From: Azolla caroliniana
Lineage: Eukaryota; Plantae; Polypodiophyta
Assembly: GCA_043228905.1 (NCBI GenBank)
Contig: JBHGNT010000021.1
Location: 6,882,001-6,946,000, forward strand
Direction of reading: 5' to 3'
Length of the DNA: 64,000 bases
Under the pieces are notes generated by a model. It did no database searches. It saw only the letters and a list, made by a program, of their open reading frames with translations, and was not told where the DNA came from. Position numbers and translations under genes: made by a program. Positions 27,161-41,200 of this stretch are shown here, in pieces. Numbering within the stretch: the first letter of the stretch is position 1; each line of letters opens with the position of its first letter.

Positions 27161-27524
27161 CAGAAAATTTACTAATTCCAGAAGCATAGCTATTTTGATT
27201 TCATCATAGTTCCAAAAGCATAGCCTAACTATTTTGTTTTCATATGACTCTGAAGCACCACACACTTCTCATCAATTTTCTTCTCTTGCTCTTGTAGCAT
27301 GTTGCTGAGTTCAGATTTCATTTGTTCTAGATAATAATCTGCCAGAAAATTTACTAATTCCAGAAGCATAGCTATTTTGATTTCATCATAGTTCCAAAAG
27401 CATAGCCTAACTATTTTGTTTTCATATGACTCTGAAGCACCACACACTTCTCATCAATTTTCTTCTCTTGCTCTTGTAGCATGTTGCTGAGTTCAGATTT
27501 CATTTGTTCTAGATAATAATCTGC
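27161..27524. repeat. Apparently perfect 182-bp tandem duplication covering the stop codon of the CFAP119-like gene
   Basis: 27161-27342 equals 27343-27524, with CAG microhomology at the junctions. Confidence 0.95.
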
Positions 27525-30506
27525 CAGCATCTTTGTTTTCTGTGCTACAGTTTCAGGCACAGCATCTGCTAAAAAAGTGGAAATTTGTTAGCAAGAGACC
27601 ATATATGTGTCCCTGTGTGTGTCACGCACATACATACATATAAATACATATTTATCTACGTAAAGATCATATTCCACGATACATATACCTCTGAAGGCTG
27701 CTTCAATCCTAGCCTTTTCAGCTGCTTCTTCAGCCAATGCTTGTTCTGCCATTACTTTTGCCTCTTCCTCCTGTACACAATTCAGTTACCCCAAATTAAC
27801 TACAATTTCCAGAAGTTCAACGAGAGGGGAAAGACTTAAAATAGAAATATTTTCAGGGAAATGACAAATTCATCATATTGATTAAATGATATAATGCATT
27901 AGATTTTTTATATATTTTTCTGAGATTATCAATGCATAGCTATATTACAGACGTCCCAGACGTCCTCAATATGAGGTAGAAACTCACATATCTATGCTTA
28001 TGATATAATGATAAATTCATTGCCATGCACATGAATATTTTTCATTCAATTCACAAGATCAGAGAGAAAGGCAAAATACTATGCTGACCTCTCTTTGTTT
28101 CCTCAAACTTTCTTGTTCCATATTCCATTGTTCTTCCGTTATAGCTTCATTCAAGGATGGAATGTTGGGAAACAGTTCTATGTCATCCTTAAATGTCTCC
28201 AAATCAAGAATCAATGTCGGAAAAAACGCATATTGGTAAAGCTTATAGTGCCTGTAATACCTGTTTTAACTGAAAAAGATAGGTTGATATTTGAATCTTA
28301 ACGATAGAAATCCCAAACAGAAAGCATTTCAAAACATGATATTACGTGTTCAAGAGGTAGCTTGTAATGGCTTGCAAATCAGCCCAAGAGAACACTTGAA
28401 TAGAGAAGGGTGGCCGCTGCACACTATGCACTAGCAAGAGTTTTTTGGTTCTCTCCCAGCTTCTCTCAAAAGTTAAATGCTCATCTGATGAAACAAAGCA
28501 TGCGTTGTGATAAGCTAAAAAATATTCATTTTAAATACATAAAATAGTAGGATCGAAAAGTGTTTATACTACATCGAACACGAAGAGACTAATGTCCTAA
28601 TAAGAGATATTTTAAACTATCAGCGATGGCACTAGATGCCGATGTTTCTCACCTAGCACCTTTAGTAGAAGTAAGAGACTGGTCAACACATAAATTCCAC
28701 AATGAGAAAAAAAAAATGCCACAATTTGGAACCGTGACATTTTCAGACTTTAAAATAAAGGAAACTATTTTAAACACAAAACAAAAGAGTTTGTTATATG
28801 GAAAACATAAGCTACCAACATTCTATTATTTTGTCAGTTACAGGTTTTCCAAGTGAGAAAATTATTTAGCAAAAATAAATTCGAAACTGTTTTCTATTTA
28901 AGTGTATGAATTTAAGTGATTTACCAACTGCCTCTTTATGTAAAGTTTTCACAATTGAGATGATTGCAGAGGTCTTCTCTGCAGTGAATCGATTATCTTG
29001 TGCAAATCTAGTCTCGTCTTAAGAAAAAAATACAATTGGAAAAAGATCATGGAAAGAATAATGAAAGAAGTAAGAAAATGATCTACTGTGCATGCAATAT
29101 ACTATCTACGTGTTGCAAAACCCATACATAAGGCATAGCCAACTATCAATGAGACTCTCTCAAAGGACATCATTTAGTTATCATCCCAGAATAGCTTGCA
29201 AGTTAAATACATAAAGGTACTCAAAATCAAGATGAACGATACATAACCTAAGTCCTCAACCCTTACACCCAAAATCGAGATGAAGGATACATAAAGGTAC
29301 TCAAATACATGTCCAATAATATTTCTGAATCAATATCCAAACTATCTTCCAGTTTCATGTATTTCTTCAAATGCCTGGACAAAGGTACATAAAACTAATA
29401 AATGTTTGTTCATTGACTAATATTTAGAAATGTTCCTCAGAAGTAAAGAAATTGTTCTATTTCTAAATACTCATACATGTTTTATTCATGGATGTGTATT
29501 CTTCCACATACACAATGAGTGCATTTTGAACAAGTTTAACATGGATGGACTACTACTACCTTTTCAAGGAAAATCAGTGAAATTTCGGATGGCCAAATTC
29601 ACTTGTTAAGGATATTGTGGTGAACAAAAACCAGTTAAAAGCCAATTGAAAGGAGTATAACCCCAAAAATATGCAATATTCCTTCATAGATAAGAAATAA
29701 AACGTCATTGGAAACCTCTCTAGAATTCCATCACATGCCACGAAAAACTCAGGTTCCTTCTACGCACTATTAACATTACTTGATACGAACTACTTACTTT
29801 GTCTGGCAAGGATTATTCTAGAAGTAATATACTATTGATAATCTGCCCTACATATGGAATCTGGATGTCTAGACATATCACACAATGATATTGGCAAAAA
29901 ACTTCAGTGCTCTGCAACGTCCTCAAAGAAAAACTACCATAGTCTATGATGTCTCATGACTACCACTGTCATAATGCAAGTGAGAACTAAACATGCCACT
30001 GTGTGGGTTGGGATCATGAGGTGTGCACATGTCTGACAACCGAATCGACGGGATTTTTTCTTTTCAAAACTAGACTGCTTGGGATTTCGATTACAAAAGT
30101 CCAATCAAGTTGTCATATTGGTAATATCACAAAATCGGCCAGGTATGAAACATGTAAAGAGTTTCTGTGCACATGAAAGAGAGGCATACGTTTATAAAGG
30201 ATTAGATTTTTGTAATGGGGCATGCACCCCCAATCAGGTTAGATGAAAAATACATTTCTAAGCATGAATATCACCTCTCTGGACCATGAGATCACTGCAT
30301 TTTAGCCTTCAGAATAGCCCATCAGTTCAAAATTCATGAAAATAGTAGACATATGTAAGGGGTACATTTCGTCTAGAAAGCATATCCCGTGTGAACACAT
30401 TCAAAATGACACACCTTCGAATTGCTTGTGGTGTGTCGCATTCATCTTGGATACTTTTTATTTGTCCCTCAGACAGATCATGCCAAACTAGTGCTTTTGC
30501 CTGCAT
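27411..30506 (-). CDS. CFAP119: Flagellar central-pair C1a complex subunit (CFAP119/CCDC189/C1a-32, CLAMP-domain family), 7 coding exons, ~269 aa
   Basis: Exons: 30506-30415, 29374-29291, 29007-28925, 28484-28346, 28260-28089, 27770-27689, 27568-27411. GT-AG introns, consistent phases (810 nt). Translation includes FAQDNRFTAEKTSAIISIVK, LLLVHSVQRPPFSIQVFS and YLLNTYYRHYKLYQYAF, then a coiled coil. The start codon is uncertain because ATGCAG|G could be an acceptor for an upstream exon. Confidence 0.85.
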
Positions 30507-33459
30507 GGATATATGAAATTTTTTCAATTTTGAACAAATCATATAATGACAATTTCAACAATCTCTCTTTAAAAGAGTGTAGTATACCATATTTGCGTGA
30601 TGTAGTTAATCAGAAATGCAGCATTTCCTGCAATAACAAACAGAAGACTTGTACTCAAGTATACAAGGCTAAAAATCATGCATTTCAAAATAGAAAGTTA
30701 GATGAAATAGATTCGCATACCCACTCCATATGAATTGTTTGAGGTTCTTATATCAATATCTCTTCAAGATTAAATTTGTAATATATTTTTCTACCAGATT
30801 TGAAATCATTCTGCATAGGCAAAACTTCCAAAAGTGAGTCAGCATAAATTCAAAACAGTATGTACTGTATCTGAAAGTTTTTTGCAGTCACAGCTAAAAA
30901 TACGTGTAAAGTAAAACATCACTTGCACTTGCATCAGTACTTCAATTTTTCAATTCTTTCCATATAGATGCATATGTGTATACATGCATGGATGTATCAA
31001 TGTATGTATATACGTGTGTATGTATTTAATGATTGTTACTCATGTAGAATTAACTCCTCACCGTATAGTAAGACCCTCTAAATATGAATGAAAAATATTC
31101 ATTCGTTTGAAACAAAAAGAAAAATAAATCATGAGAGGTCCAACATTGTAACTTTTTTATTTAATTTGATTCTATCTTTTTATCTTAAAAAAATTCTTCA
31201 CCATGAAAGCTTTCTACGTTGGCTTTCACGTTCTGACACCCAAAATTTGTTCACATATGAATTGAGTCAGAAGGAGGAGGAGAATTATGTATTTGCAAAA
31301 CTTTGAATCTTAACTCCACAACTTTCTGATGTCCTAAAACAATTCCAGAAGTCTCTCATAGGCCTCCAAAGAAAACTCCAGGTTTTATTATGTTCATTTT
31401 GTCCTGTTCTTAGAAATATAAGGAAAGCAGTATGGTATAAGTAGTCCTCATCTCAAAAGAGAGGAAGAAGATGATGATGATTAACAACATCAAAACAGGT
31501 AGGAAGCTTTATCAATTGAATACCTTCAAAATGTATCGGTAGCGCGGGCGTTGTGAGCGTGTGTGTGTGGGGGGGGTTGAGAGATAGAGATAGAAACAGA
31601 GACAGGAGGGGCAGGGAAATACAGTGCGACCCAAGGAGAGATGATTACATCTTCGAGTTCTTTGTCTTGTCTCTGACAGAACAGAACAGAACAGAACAGA
31701 ACAGAACAGAAGAAACCCAAAAAAGACCTGAAAAATAAAATGGAGAAGAACGTACCCATCACAATGTGATGATTCCCCAACTTCTTTCTTCTTCTTCTTC
31801 TTCTTTTAGCCATGCATTGCAATGGGCAATTAAACAGTCATAGTATAAACCATACGTGCATTTTTCGCATTCGTGTATGTTTCAATCATTCGAGTATGGT
31901 AACCACCCTCACGGTATAGTAAATACTAAACACCATACTTTTTTGTATTCATTATTTTGATTATAAGGGGAAAAAAAAAATTTAAGATAAGAAATTTAAG
32001 GTTAAAAAAAAAAAGTATGTTTTTCATAACATACGCATTCGTTTTCAAACGTATAAACATGAATGCTTGCAAATGCATTCGAGTATGCTACGTACTATTG
32101 CATGCATGTAGGTGCGCTCTCGATGCCTCGATCCATCGGTTTCAAACCCGCTCTCTTCGGAAGATCCCCGATTGATGGTGAGGACCGGAGATGGAGGGGA
32201 GCATTCTCGTTTGTTTGTCAATGAAGAGGTTGGTAATAGTCTTTTCATGCGCAAGACGACACTTCCGTCATTACAGCTCCTTTCCAAGTGGCTATGCTCA
32301 AGACTTGGCCTGGACAGGATAGCCAAGAGGAGAAAACACATTCATGCCATGATTTCGGACGCTCGTCTTCCATTGCTTGGAGTGTCCACAGAGTACCACA
32401 ACCATGTACGTTGGATTGAAAGGAAAAAACTAATTTGATAGTTTCGACAACCAAGCTCATTGTGTGTGCACCTTGTCCTTATAGGAGTAGTTACTTGTAT
32501 GTCAACCAAATCCTATATCAACTTAGAGGGTTTGCCTTTCCCAATTATCCTCACTATTTGCACTGTTTTTACGACATACATATATAGATAGATTGAAAAG
32601 GTCAAATATGACCTATGGCTATGGAAACAAAAGTGAATCATTTCACAATGTATGTGTGAAACTGAATTGTACCCTCTCAATGTTCAAGAATTTACTAGCA
32701 AATGTTGTAATTGCAAGTGCATATTGAGCTTGTGAGAGGATTTTGTGAAGGGAATGGCCTATATTAAATGTGTGTAGGGAGTGGAAAGCAATCTCAATGC
32801 ATCTTGTCAACGGTGTTAGTTTGACTCCCACACTTTAGAGCAAAAATATACATAGTCGATGGAGTCTCCTCACGCCGATGCTTTATCTCACATCAAAGAG
32901 AATGTGAGCTAAGGCATATATGAAGCAAGGGTGTAGATGGCGGATGAATGGACCAACAATAGCCTGTGCCAATGATCGTGGTCTCCATGTTTCGAGAAGA
33001 GAATGATTTTGTAGTTTGGTGCAAAGTGTGTTTATATAAATGTGCAAAACATGAGCCTCCACATCTCTCTAAAGCTATGATACATTGATGTTGCAAAACA
33101 CCATCATTCACAAAGGAATCTATGAACATGTCATGAAGTAAATGTGATGCATCCCAATATCCAAAATCATTTCTTCATACCTTCCATCCATATGAAACCC
33201 AAATCTTTGAGAGAGAGAGAGATTCTATGTCCGTGACTATTCTTACCTTTTGGCAATTTAATGTTTCACACTACCTATGTAGCAATGTTGTGTTTTATAC
33301 ATGCAATTAAACTAATTGTATGTTTTCATCAAGAGAGAAGACTGAGGTTAAAATCTTCTAATGCCCAAAAGGATCCATGATCATTATCTTAACAAGATCT
33401 AATGAAAACAAGGTTCTTGTATTTTCATGTTGTTTTAATAAATACACTATTTTTACTAA

Positions 33460-33760
33460 GAAAAGCATGAATGGTTTAGCTTGAACTAAATCGAACCATG
33501 GTTCCATTTGGGCAATTAACAAGTTGGTTTTATTAGGTTTGACATTGCAGTGGTCTAATTGGTTATGTTTTATAAACCCTAAAATTTTATAAAGTTGATT
33601 GTTTTCAATTTTATTTTTACGATTCAGTCCAAGTTTGAGGATATCATGAACAATTTCACGATTTGGTTTTGGTTTAAGTTTCAATTGTTTTAAAGGGTTT
33701 GAGTTTGAGACTCCTCAACCAAACCAAATAATTATTGATTCCTTATTGTCAAGAGCATTT
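33460..33760. mobile_element. AAACC/GGTTT-rich non-autonomous DNA transposon relic
   Basis: Reverse complement of 33661-33720 aligns with ~59295-59370; same family in opposite orientation. Boundaries approximate. Confidence 0.55.
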
Positions 33761-35838
33761 TTTAGAATGTTGAAACATGAGGAGTATTTTACCAAAATGT
33801 TTGAATAAGAGGTATATGTTTGGGGAATTTCACCAAAAACATGAGGGTGTGTTTTTAATTAACAAGACAAGAGATGCCTTGTTGTTTCAAGCTTAAAATG
33901 TTGGATGACGTATGGCTATATGGTTGAATGAGACGGGGTTGTCATTAACACATATATTATTTGTCTTTACTTATATGTGTGTATGCATACTTTTTAAGCT
34001 CTTCTTATGACTTCTCTAGTCTCATGATTAAGAATTAAGATGAGGAAGTGTGTGCAAGAGCTCTTCACATTAGGGTTTTGTAGCTAGAGAATCTAGAATA
34101 ATTGACAACCACTATTGCCCGGTTTGCTACCAATAGAGTATACGACAGTCCAAATACTTTGGCTCACAACATCAACCTGGAGTTAGAACTTTGTTGATCA
34201 ATAGGCATGCGTTCAATGGTGTGCACCTTGAAATAACACAATTTCTGTACTTATTGAGATGAAAGAAATTTATTGTAATGTATGATCTTCAAAAACCATT
34301 CATGGTGATTTTTGGATGCCCCTGTTTACGATGGAATTCAAATTTCGTGCGTTATCACAACCTATGCACATTTCATTAAATTGTTGTATTTGGATTCACT
34401 TTTTACAAAAATTCCATTAGCAAATGAAGCATAGCGCACACTGATGATGGAGCACAAGAACTTTTTTGCCAAAAACTATAGGTCATCTTAGATACGTTGG
34501 AGCACATACATTAACAAAAATATGAAAAAGGGGACATTAAGTTAATAGGGGACCCTAACATTCCATTGGGTCAAGTATAACATTGCTTGATCATGGCTCT
34601 CGTACTCATGGACATTTGAAGTATATGTTAATTGAGACAAAGTATTGGATAAGTTGTGAGGAGTATTGCAATAATTTGTTCTTGAATCTTAAACATAGGG
34701 ACTTGAATATGGAACCATTGGAATTGTTAAAATGAATGCAGAAGATGATTTCCCATCCATCACATTCTGTCATACTTTGCTTACACCAATTGCCATCTAT
34801 GACAATGCATTACACACAACAATGACAGAACTATCTTAAAATTTGGTGTACCATCAAATGACTAAATTTATATTATGTCATCACCTAATTCTTTGGTTAT
34901 GATGTGTGTTCAAATCATCATGATGTATGTTGTTAATAGTTTTTGCCATTTGTCAAGTGAATTTAATCTAGCATCAATGTGCAACATCACCTCCTACATG
35001 GTTCAAATTACATGTAATGATAGGATTAAGCTGAGTCATAAGTTGGTACTGTATAAAATAGCACAAAACAATACTTGAATCTATATATGTAGCTTAATAT
35101 AGAAAACAGGATAATCTGCAAACCGATAAAACAGAATATGCCAAAATCGAAGCATGACGTTGCAAGTTTCTATCTATAGCTAGCGTCAATAATCAACAAT
35201 ACCATGAACAAAATTCCCACAATATATTCTAGTAAAACCAGCGACAAGCTGTCAAACTGCGCAACCACATCATAGCACCAAAGCCTAACAACGAACGTCA
35301 GCTACTGCATATCAAAGCTTGCCTCAAGGTAATAGACTAGTGGAAGATGTTGTGGGTTCAATGCATCATTGAAATTTTGACCAACACAGGGAATGAATAA
35401 ACCTATGCAAACTATGCGAAGTCTCAGGTTAGCACAAAACCGATACTTTTAACACAAGCAAACTTAGAATAGGAGGTTTTTATCTCCTTTTGTTTATATA
35501 CTGATCTCTAGAAGTAGTGTTAAGGATGCATTACAACAAACAAAGGCTTAAAAAGAGTAGTTTATATGTCTGTCGGTTCCCCGGAACCACATAAAAGATA
35601 TTAGCGATCCCATTGAGGAGGGATGAGGGTTTCTTTAAAGCCAGGGGGATTATATTGATTGGACCACCATGGGAGCAATATGCTAGTACCTTTTTTCTAA
35701 GATGCTACAGATAAAAATTCAAAATTACAATGCTTCTATCGGTCAACCAACACACAATGAACTGACTGCAATACAATGAATTTGCTCCATATATGTTTCT
35801 AACAAGAGAAAATATCGACTTAGCTGAAAACCCTAATG

Positions 35839-35840
<2 letters not shown>

Positions 35841-35917
<77 letters not shown>
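35841..35917. repeat. Compound (TC)n(TA)n microsatellite
   Basis: Directly visible. Confidence 0.97.
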
Positions 35918-35920
<3 letters not shown>

Positions 35921-36599
35921 AAGGCAATCCGAAATGGAGAGAGAAACAAGCATAAAGCTGTAACCATCATTATGAACAATAAAACTATATTTTTCACAGA
36001 AACAAGTTATCTAAAACCTATAGCCATCATAAAAAGTGAAAAAGAAAGCCAAACTGAAAAAGAATAAACAAGAGGTTCCAAAAGGAATTTTCAGTCATGT
36101 GATGCGTTTCTAAAATGATAGTTACATGACAAATTATATAAGCATCGTTAATATACACCCAATGGAAGAGAGATGAGCATGTTATTTAATGGTTCAGGAA
36201 AGTTAAAAACCCCAAATCCTAAACCTAACATCTGAGCTCTGATGTCATGTGAGAGAGAAACGGAAGTAAGAAGGATAAGTTCAGCAAAGAGAAGAAGAGG
36301 AAATTTGTTATGTTGGGGAGACTGAATCATTCATACTCTGTGAGGAAATTTTTGGGTTTCTCTTAGTCATAGAAGAAAGAAAACAATGACATATATTAAT
36401 GTACCCAAAAGACCACAATCGCATACATGACCTGTCGAATTACAACTACTTTTTTGTCAACTCATCTATATAAAGTAGGAAAAAAGGAAAATCTTGTTCT
36501 ACTCTGGCATCCTTAACTAAATGGCTTGAAATGTAATCATGAGTAACCATCAACACCCATGTTTGGTGTCTTTCATCATTGGAACTGGAATGCTTGCTG

Positions 36600-37030
36600 C
36601 TGTGCCTCCAAGAATATACAATCTGATATGGAAAGGTTGGTGGGGAAGTGGAGGGTATCTCCATGCCTTCTGACGATGGCTTTGATCTTATGGGGATGTG
36701 CACATCACAGGTTTGCAGTTCACCCTGGTTTTGGCAACAACTCCTGAGTCGTGAATCTGGAGCTTTCAATATTCTCTGCTTATGTGGATCTGTGAGCATG
36801 GTCGACCTCTCCCTCAACAGTCCCTCTCCACTGTGTCTCCATTCTCTAATGAGACAGAAGATATCTTCCTCCTACGTCATAATAGGCTGGGCAATTGGCA
36901 TATATTATGCTCCTCAGATTCAATCCTGATTTGCAAAGCTTGCAGATTCAGTGTTCAATGATAACGCTACCCATGCATCAGAGGTGGTTTTACATCAGAA
37001 CAGGGTCACAACAGCTTTGCAAGTCTTGTT
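36600..37030 (-). mobile_element. RTE-type LINE 3' fragment
   Basis: The minus strand reads ICKLCK..ESEEHNIC, then after a frameshift CPAYYDVGGRY, matching the C-terminal CCHC of plant RTE ORFs. Confidence 0.6.
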
Positions 37031-38282
37031 AGAAAAACACATGGATTTCTGAACCCTAATGTCATAAGCACAAATAATTGGAGAAACATTTGCAAGGAAC
37101 AAGTAGTTGTGTCTGCCTAGAAGAACTTCAGAGTATTTTTCTTTTCATCTAGTTTTGTCCAAAACTTCTCCCAGCAAGGTTAACAGGAATACAGTTTTGA
37201 CACTATGAATAATAACTCTGATACATTTTTTGGTGAAGGATAAAAATGATCTCGACCCATGAAATAGAAATACTTTGCAATGACAATTATGAAAAAAAAA
37301 AACTAGTGATTCCCAATAGAAAAGTTTTTATTACTTAATTCTAGAAAAGCAAATCTTAAGTTTTCATCTCTCCATTTCATGAAACACTAGAAATTTACTA
37401 CTGCAAAAGAGAATGTCCTAAGAGAAATAATGCAAATCTTTCAAGAGAATTACAACCTCAGCGGGCTCCTTATGTACAAAGAAACTACAACATCAATATA
37501 CAAGACTGAATGGATGTTCATCCACCTATAAGAGTTAAGCATACCTGTTAAATTTTTTACAGACAATATAATAGCCATCAAGAAATCTTAGCGGTCAAAG
37601 GCAAAGGAATTTGATTGCATTCAGCACCAAATATACATAAACATATGAACTATTAAACTTTATACTTCAGAGTTCTACATGTATTTTTACGGTATACAGT
37701 AAAACACTTTTTAAGCATATAATCAATAATGAGCGTTTTACAACCTGATAATCATTCTGTAAGTTTTGTAACTAAACAAAATTTATTGAAATGGTGGTGA
37801 GGAAGTTTTGCGAAAGAAGTCTGACGATTGCCATTGAAATTGGCTTTTAATGCTCCTTGCAATTTTAAAAAAAGTTACATCAAGGAGCATTGAAGCGTGA
37901 CCATGACAATGATATGATCCTTATTCAACTTTGTACCTTTAACAACAAAAAGCAAAAGCAAAAGCATAACCCAATCCAATCCTCCCAAGAGAGAAAAAGA
38001 GGGAGGTAGAGAGAAGGGGGGAAAGAAAGAAAGAAAATATAGTCCAATTTTCCAGCTGGACTACATATCCTAAAGACTAAAAACCAAGAAGTACATGGAT
38101 TTCCATTATTTCCAGAACAAGAATATTTGAGCAAGCGGCAAAACAGGTTTTTTTGTTTGCTAAACAACATCAACAAATGATATGCCAAAACGAAACAAAA
38201 TTTATTAGCATATTCAGGATTCAACTCTACCAATGTCAACACGAGATGGATATAAATGTGCAGAAGCCCACCTTATATATAG

Positions 38283-41200
38283 TTAACGGTTCAGTTGTTG
38301 TAGAAATGTTTTGCTTGCTTCATATGTTGACCAACAGATTGCTGCAGCAGGGGTATAGAATAGAACTCTTGGCTTCATGCCCTTCAGAAGTGCTTTCAGG
38401 CCTTCTTTCTCAACAATTCTTCTTGTCACATCTATTACTGAGTTGCTACCAAAACGCTCTGCTCCATTAACTCCCTACATCCATTAAAATGATCAAAACA
38501 CAGAATTAATGTTTATTTATATACCGACAATTATCATGCAATAGCCAAACATTTTTCATATGCCACTGTTCACAAATATTTCCAGCACCGTGTCTAAATG
38601 TATGTATGTATATACATACATGTATATATCCAGACGCACAAGTCTATATAGAGAAATATGTAAATTATTTCACAATGTATTCAAAGATATCTTTGAAATA
38701 CCTTCATAAGGGGAATCAAGAGCTTGAAACTACAAGCAAAAGATGTGGAAGAAAACTCAGAGAAATGAAGGACAAAATAAATGAATACAAAAAACATGCA
38801 AATAAACAAATGTGAAAATTACCCACGAGATCAAATCATTTTTTTATCAATGTATAAAACTGCCATAATTGTATCTCATACTAAATATGATAGACGATCT
38901 ATAAATTGATTAAAAGCTAAATTTGAGTTATCCTTAGTATGCGCTTCATTTTATATTCAGAATCAAAAGGTTGTGATAGTGTGGCGTATGGCTCATATGA
39001 TCAGCAATGATGGCTTTTATCCTTTTGAAATAGTGAAATTGTAGATAAGTGTCCCTGAGGTCACGACCATTTTACACAACTTAATGATGTAGATCTTTCA
39101 AGTGCAGCTCTTCTAGTGACAATATTTTCCTTCATAAAATTACAGGAAATTTGATGTACCTTTGCGGCATCCAGATCTATAGGGGGATCATTTACTTCAT
39201 GTAGACATTGGCACATGCAGGCCTTCCTTCCTGTTGAAGCATTGGAGTCTCTAGATATGTTATCTTCTATTGGGGAAGTAGTAACCAGGGGATACAGGAA
39301 AAGATACAATCTCTTTATCGAGGACTGCTTCACTTTATGCTGTATATGGAAGACCATTGTTTATAACTTCTTCGTGGCAGTGATCTTCTACATCCAATAC
39401 CTTGATACTTATTTGGACAGTGTTCATAGACATACTTTGCTCATTTAGCTTGAGGAATGCATCTGTGAGCTTCTCACTAGCTACTATAGAATGTGCCTGA
39501 TGCCAATTTCTTTGAGTCCATGGAAGGATATGTGTTTGCTTCTGGTTGACTCTGTGAAATGGCATCATGTCCCTCCTTCGTCGTCTCTTGGATATACCAA
39601 CTATCATGTCATATCTGAGGATTTGTATTGATTTCTTAACTGGATTAATGCATCCAATAGTATCCATAACATTTAGTGTGACCTGTCAATGGCACTTTAC
39701 ATGTTTCTCTACCATATTACAACTTCTATAATCAGACAAGGATGAGATTGAAGATGGTGGCTACAGCTTCTGGCATCTTGCTCTTTTACTACACAAGTCC
39801 CTATCAGCTATCACTTCTATTTATGGAAATATATGGGCAAAATTTTCATGTGATGGGCTAATGGCAAAGCTTGTGCTACTTGCATAGTCTCAGGTCATGG
39901 GTTCAAGCCCCACTGAGTGCATCATGTTGGTGTGTGTATACAAATGTTGCTCGGGCGGTCAAGATTTCCAAATAAAATCCTCAAGTAAATCCCTCCTCTC
40001 CAAGGTGGTGTGACAATGAAGAAGGAACATCCTAATTCAGGTGGTCAAGGGGGAGTTTCCAAATAAAATCCTCAGGTAAATCCCTCCTCTCCAAGGTGGT
40101 GGGATAATTGAGAAGGAACATCCTAATTCAGGTGGTCAAGGGAGAATTTCTCAATGGAACACTCAATTAAATCCTTCCCCCACAGTGATGGGCGAATTGA
40201 GGAGGATTCTGGTTGCAATTAGCACCATGCTTTGTTGTTCAATTGATTCACAAAATTCCTTGATGATCATAGATTGATGCCTATATGGTTTGATTAATTG
40301 GGAAAATGTAAGAATGTCCAATTGTTTCACAAAATATTGTTGGAGACCATAGATTGATGGCCATACGGTTGATTTCTTGGGCAAATGTAAAGAATATCCA
40401 GAAAAGGTTGTTCAATTAACAATAGCTGTGAAGAATATTGTCACTCTGATTTCCCTCTCCTTTTTTACTTCCTTGTTAAACCGCATTTTAAGGAAATCAA
40501 AAGCTCTAACATAAGAAAAAGCTTTTATACACTGCTAACAACAGGTTTTTTTCTAGATTCTTGTTTTAAAAGAGAATGGAAGAGTATCTATCATCCATTG
40601 TCACCACACATGACTAAACACAATAGTTACTAGTAATTACTTCTTATAATAGAATATATATATATAGCCACGAAAAATATTCAAAGAATGGTAACCACAT
40701 TTTAAGACATGCATAAACTCAAAGAAAAAAATGTTGTCCTGAGTCATAAAACTTATTCATTACACAAAGTGGTTTCAACCACAAAAAGAATCACCCAACA
40801 AGCTGACAATAAAGAATCGAAATAGAAAAACACAATCAAAAAAGAAATTTTTTTATAAACATATAAAATTACCTGACATTGCAACCGAGTCTTGACTACA
40901 TCCAATGGTGTGGTAACAATACTTGCAAGAGCACCAGCCGCACCACCAGCAGTTAAGTGAACAAAAATCCTTTCTTCACCCATCTTATCTGGCCAAACAT
41001 TCTTCAATCCCCCCTTCGCGGCTTCATAAGTTGCAAAATGTGTGGCCGTATAAGGTGCATTCATAACAATTGTGGTTCTATATGACGCGTAGAATGCTTT
41101 TATACCTTCATTTCTAAGTATTTTCCCTATACAATCCATTAATCCTCTATATGAGTTCCCGGGAAGTTGTAACCTTTGCTTTACGACGTCCATGGGAGTA

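Noticed and set aside
28337-28346. Apparent premature TAA in the CFAP119-like gene (LNT*)
   Set aside because: The TAA is inside the intron donor (AC|GTAATA); splicing restores LNTYYRHY.
35296-35372. Possible C/D snoRNA on the minus strand (ATGATGC...CTGA), plus a short hairpin at ~35561-35596
   Set aside because: The C box is imperfect and I could not identify rRNA or snRNA complementarity; an Rfam/snoscan search would be needed.
36928-37025. Imperfect ~95-nt hairpin (TTGCAAAGCT...AGCTTTGCAA) resembling a pre-miRNA
   Set aside because: It lies within an RTE LINE remnant, has many bulges and matches no conserved plant miRNA I recognise.
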